Part shown: one piece after another, positions 31,503 through 32,246 of the stretch
Position numbering within the stretch: position 1 is the stretch's first letter
How the letters are laid out: the number at the start of each line of letters is the position of its first letter
Source: Pseudomonadota bacterium
GTDB taxonomy: Bacteria > Pseudomonadota > Alphaproteobacteria > RF32 > CAG-239
Assembly (NCBI GenBank): GCA_021617435.1
Contig: JAJWCP010000001.1
Location: forward strand, 1,388 to 33,633
Direction of reading: 5' to 3'
DNA: 32,246 bases
Made by a program: the position numbers and the translations under genes
The notes under the pieces: generated by a model
What the model was told of the DNA's origin: nothing
Databases searched by the model: none
What the model saw: only the letters and a program-made list of their open reading frames with translations

Positions 31503-32231
31503 TTAGAAAGTCATCTGATAATAAAAAGCGCAACTGTCTTTGTCTTCGCAAACGTTACAAAAGTCTTCCATTTCAGCAATGGTTAAATCTTTCAGGCATT
31601 TTGTGTCAGATGTGCAATAACTATCGCCATTAACTATGTTGGCCGAGGAATTTTCTTCACCTTTGGTTGTTTTAAACTTGGTACGCCAAAGTTGCTCTCT
31701 TTTGGCTTTAGCGATTGTAAATAAATTCATGCACGATTCTTTTTGCCCCTTGTTTAAGTATAACAAAAACTCAAAGGTATAACCGCTATCGAAATAGTTT
31801 GCGAGAACAATCGTAGTCCCAAAGACGTCAAATATAGCGTCATTTCTGTTTTCGCGTATCATTTCTTGCGGGATAACGTTTAATTTTTTAAGTAAAGGTA
31901 TCATATTGGCGGAAATAGTTGTTTTTGAGCGTTTAAAATCATCTAAATGAATATTGACATAGTCTAAAATTGAGCCGATTTGCTCCGTTTGTTTGTTAAG
32001 TTTGTATTTCATCATTGCTTTGCTGTAACCGGCGATAGCGCCGACTGACAGAACGCCGATAATCGCCAAAACGCCGAGCATTTCTACCATAGACCGACCG
32101 GCATTCACAATCTTGTCATTATCGGGCTTGAGCGATACGTCCTTCCCCTTTCTGTCATTATCGGGCTTGAGCGATGCGCCCGCCCCCTCTCTGTCATTAT
32201 CGGGCTTGACCCGATAATCCAGGTGGGACAA
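31503..32231 (-). CDS. Type IV pilin / pseudopilin-like protein (prepilin-type N-terminal cleavage/methylation signal); 5' end uncertain
   Basis: It has a class III signal: G|RSMVEMLGVLAIIGVLSVGAIAGYS, with Glu at +5 after the predicted cleavage Gly. The C-terminus is Cys-rich. The frame stays open to the window edge at 32246. A GTG at 32108 would give a normal short leader (M-N-A-G) and a CDS of 31503-32108. The TTG at 32231 would place the repeats KPDNDREGAGASL/KPDNDRKGKDVSL in front of the signal. Confidence 0.6.
   Translation of the reverse strand: MSHLDYRVKPDNDREGAGASLKPDNDRKGKDVSLKPDNDKIVNAGRSMVEMLGVLAIIGVLSVGAIAGYSKAMMKYKLNKQTEQIGSILDYVNIHLDDFKRSKTTISANMIPLLKKLNVIPQEMIRENRNDAIFDVFGTTIVLANYFDSGYTFEFLLYLNKGQKESCMNLFTIAKAKREQLWRTKFKTTKGEENSSANIVNGDSYCTSDTKCLKDLTIAEMEDFCNVCEDKDSCAFYYQMTF
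32114..32218. repeat. 39-bp tandem repeat (2 full units plus a partial third) ending in a 9-bp-arm palindrome
   Basis: Unit 1 (32114-32152) and unit 2 (32153-32191) match at 34 of 39 positions. Unit 3 shares its first 18 nt (32192-32209). It then completes the palindrome attatcggg (32196-32204) / cttga / cccgataat (32210-32218). The array may continue beyond the window. Confidence 0.85.
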
Positions 32232-32246
32232 ATTTGCTACTTTATT

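Noticed and set aside
32114-32218. Possible CRISPR array.
   Set aside because: The units are directly contiguous 39-bp tandem copies with no unique spacers, and no cas genes are in view.

Overview
This 32.2-kb window is mostly conserved housekeeping genes, and the gene order resembles an alphaproteobacterial chromosome (inference from synteny and protein motifs; no database search was possible).

Gene order, left to right:
- hflK (5' end cut by the window edge), hflC and an htrA/degP-type protease.
- holC, kdsD, a single ORF that looks like a fused LptC+LptA, and lptB.
- A low-GC single-gene insertion encoding a 674-aa protein with a C-terminal HNH nuclease motif.
- On the minus strand, priA followed by atpH, atpA, atpG, atpD and atpC.
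- A small membrane protein, a CPA2 cation/proton antiporter, tadA (minus strand), an RsuA/RluB-family pseudouridine synthase and rsmD.
- A 691-aa orphan protein, then rpoB and rpoC.
- A convergent type IV pilin-like gene whose 5' region carries 39-bp tandem repeats running into the window edge.

I saw no rRNA, tRNA, CRISPR array, transposase or integrase. All intergenic gaps are shorter than about 350 bp.

The accessory or unusual parts are:
- The repeat-flanked HNH cassette (6646-8945).
- The orphan 691-aa gene that sits where rplKAJL normally precedes rpoB.
- The LptC/LptA fusion.
- The pilin-like gene with its repeat and palindrome array.

All functional calls come from motifs I recognise in the supplied translations. 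None is verified by a search.
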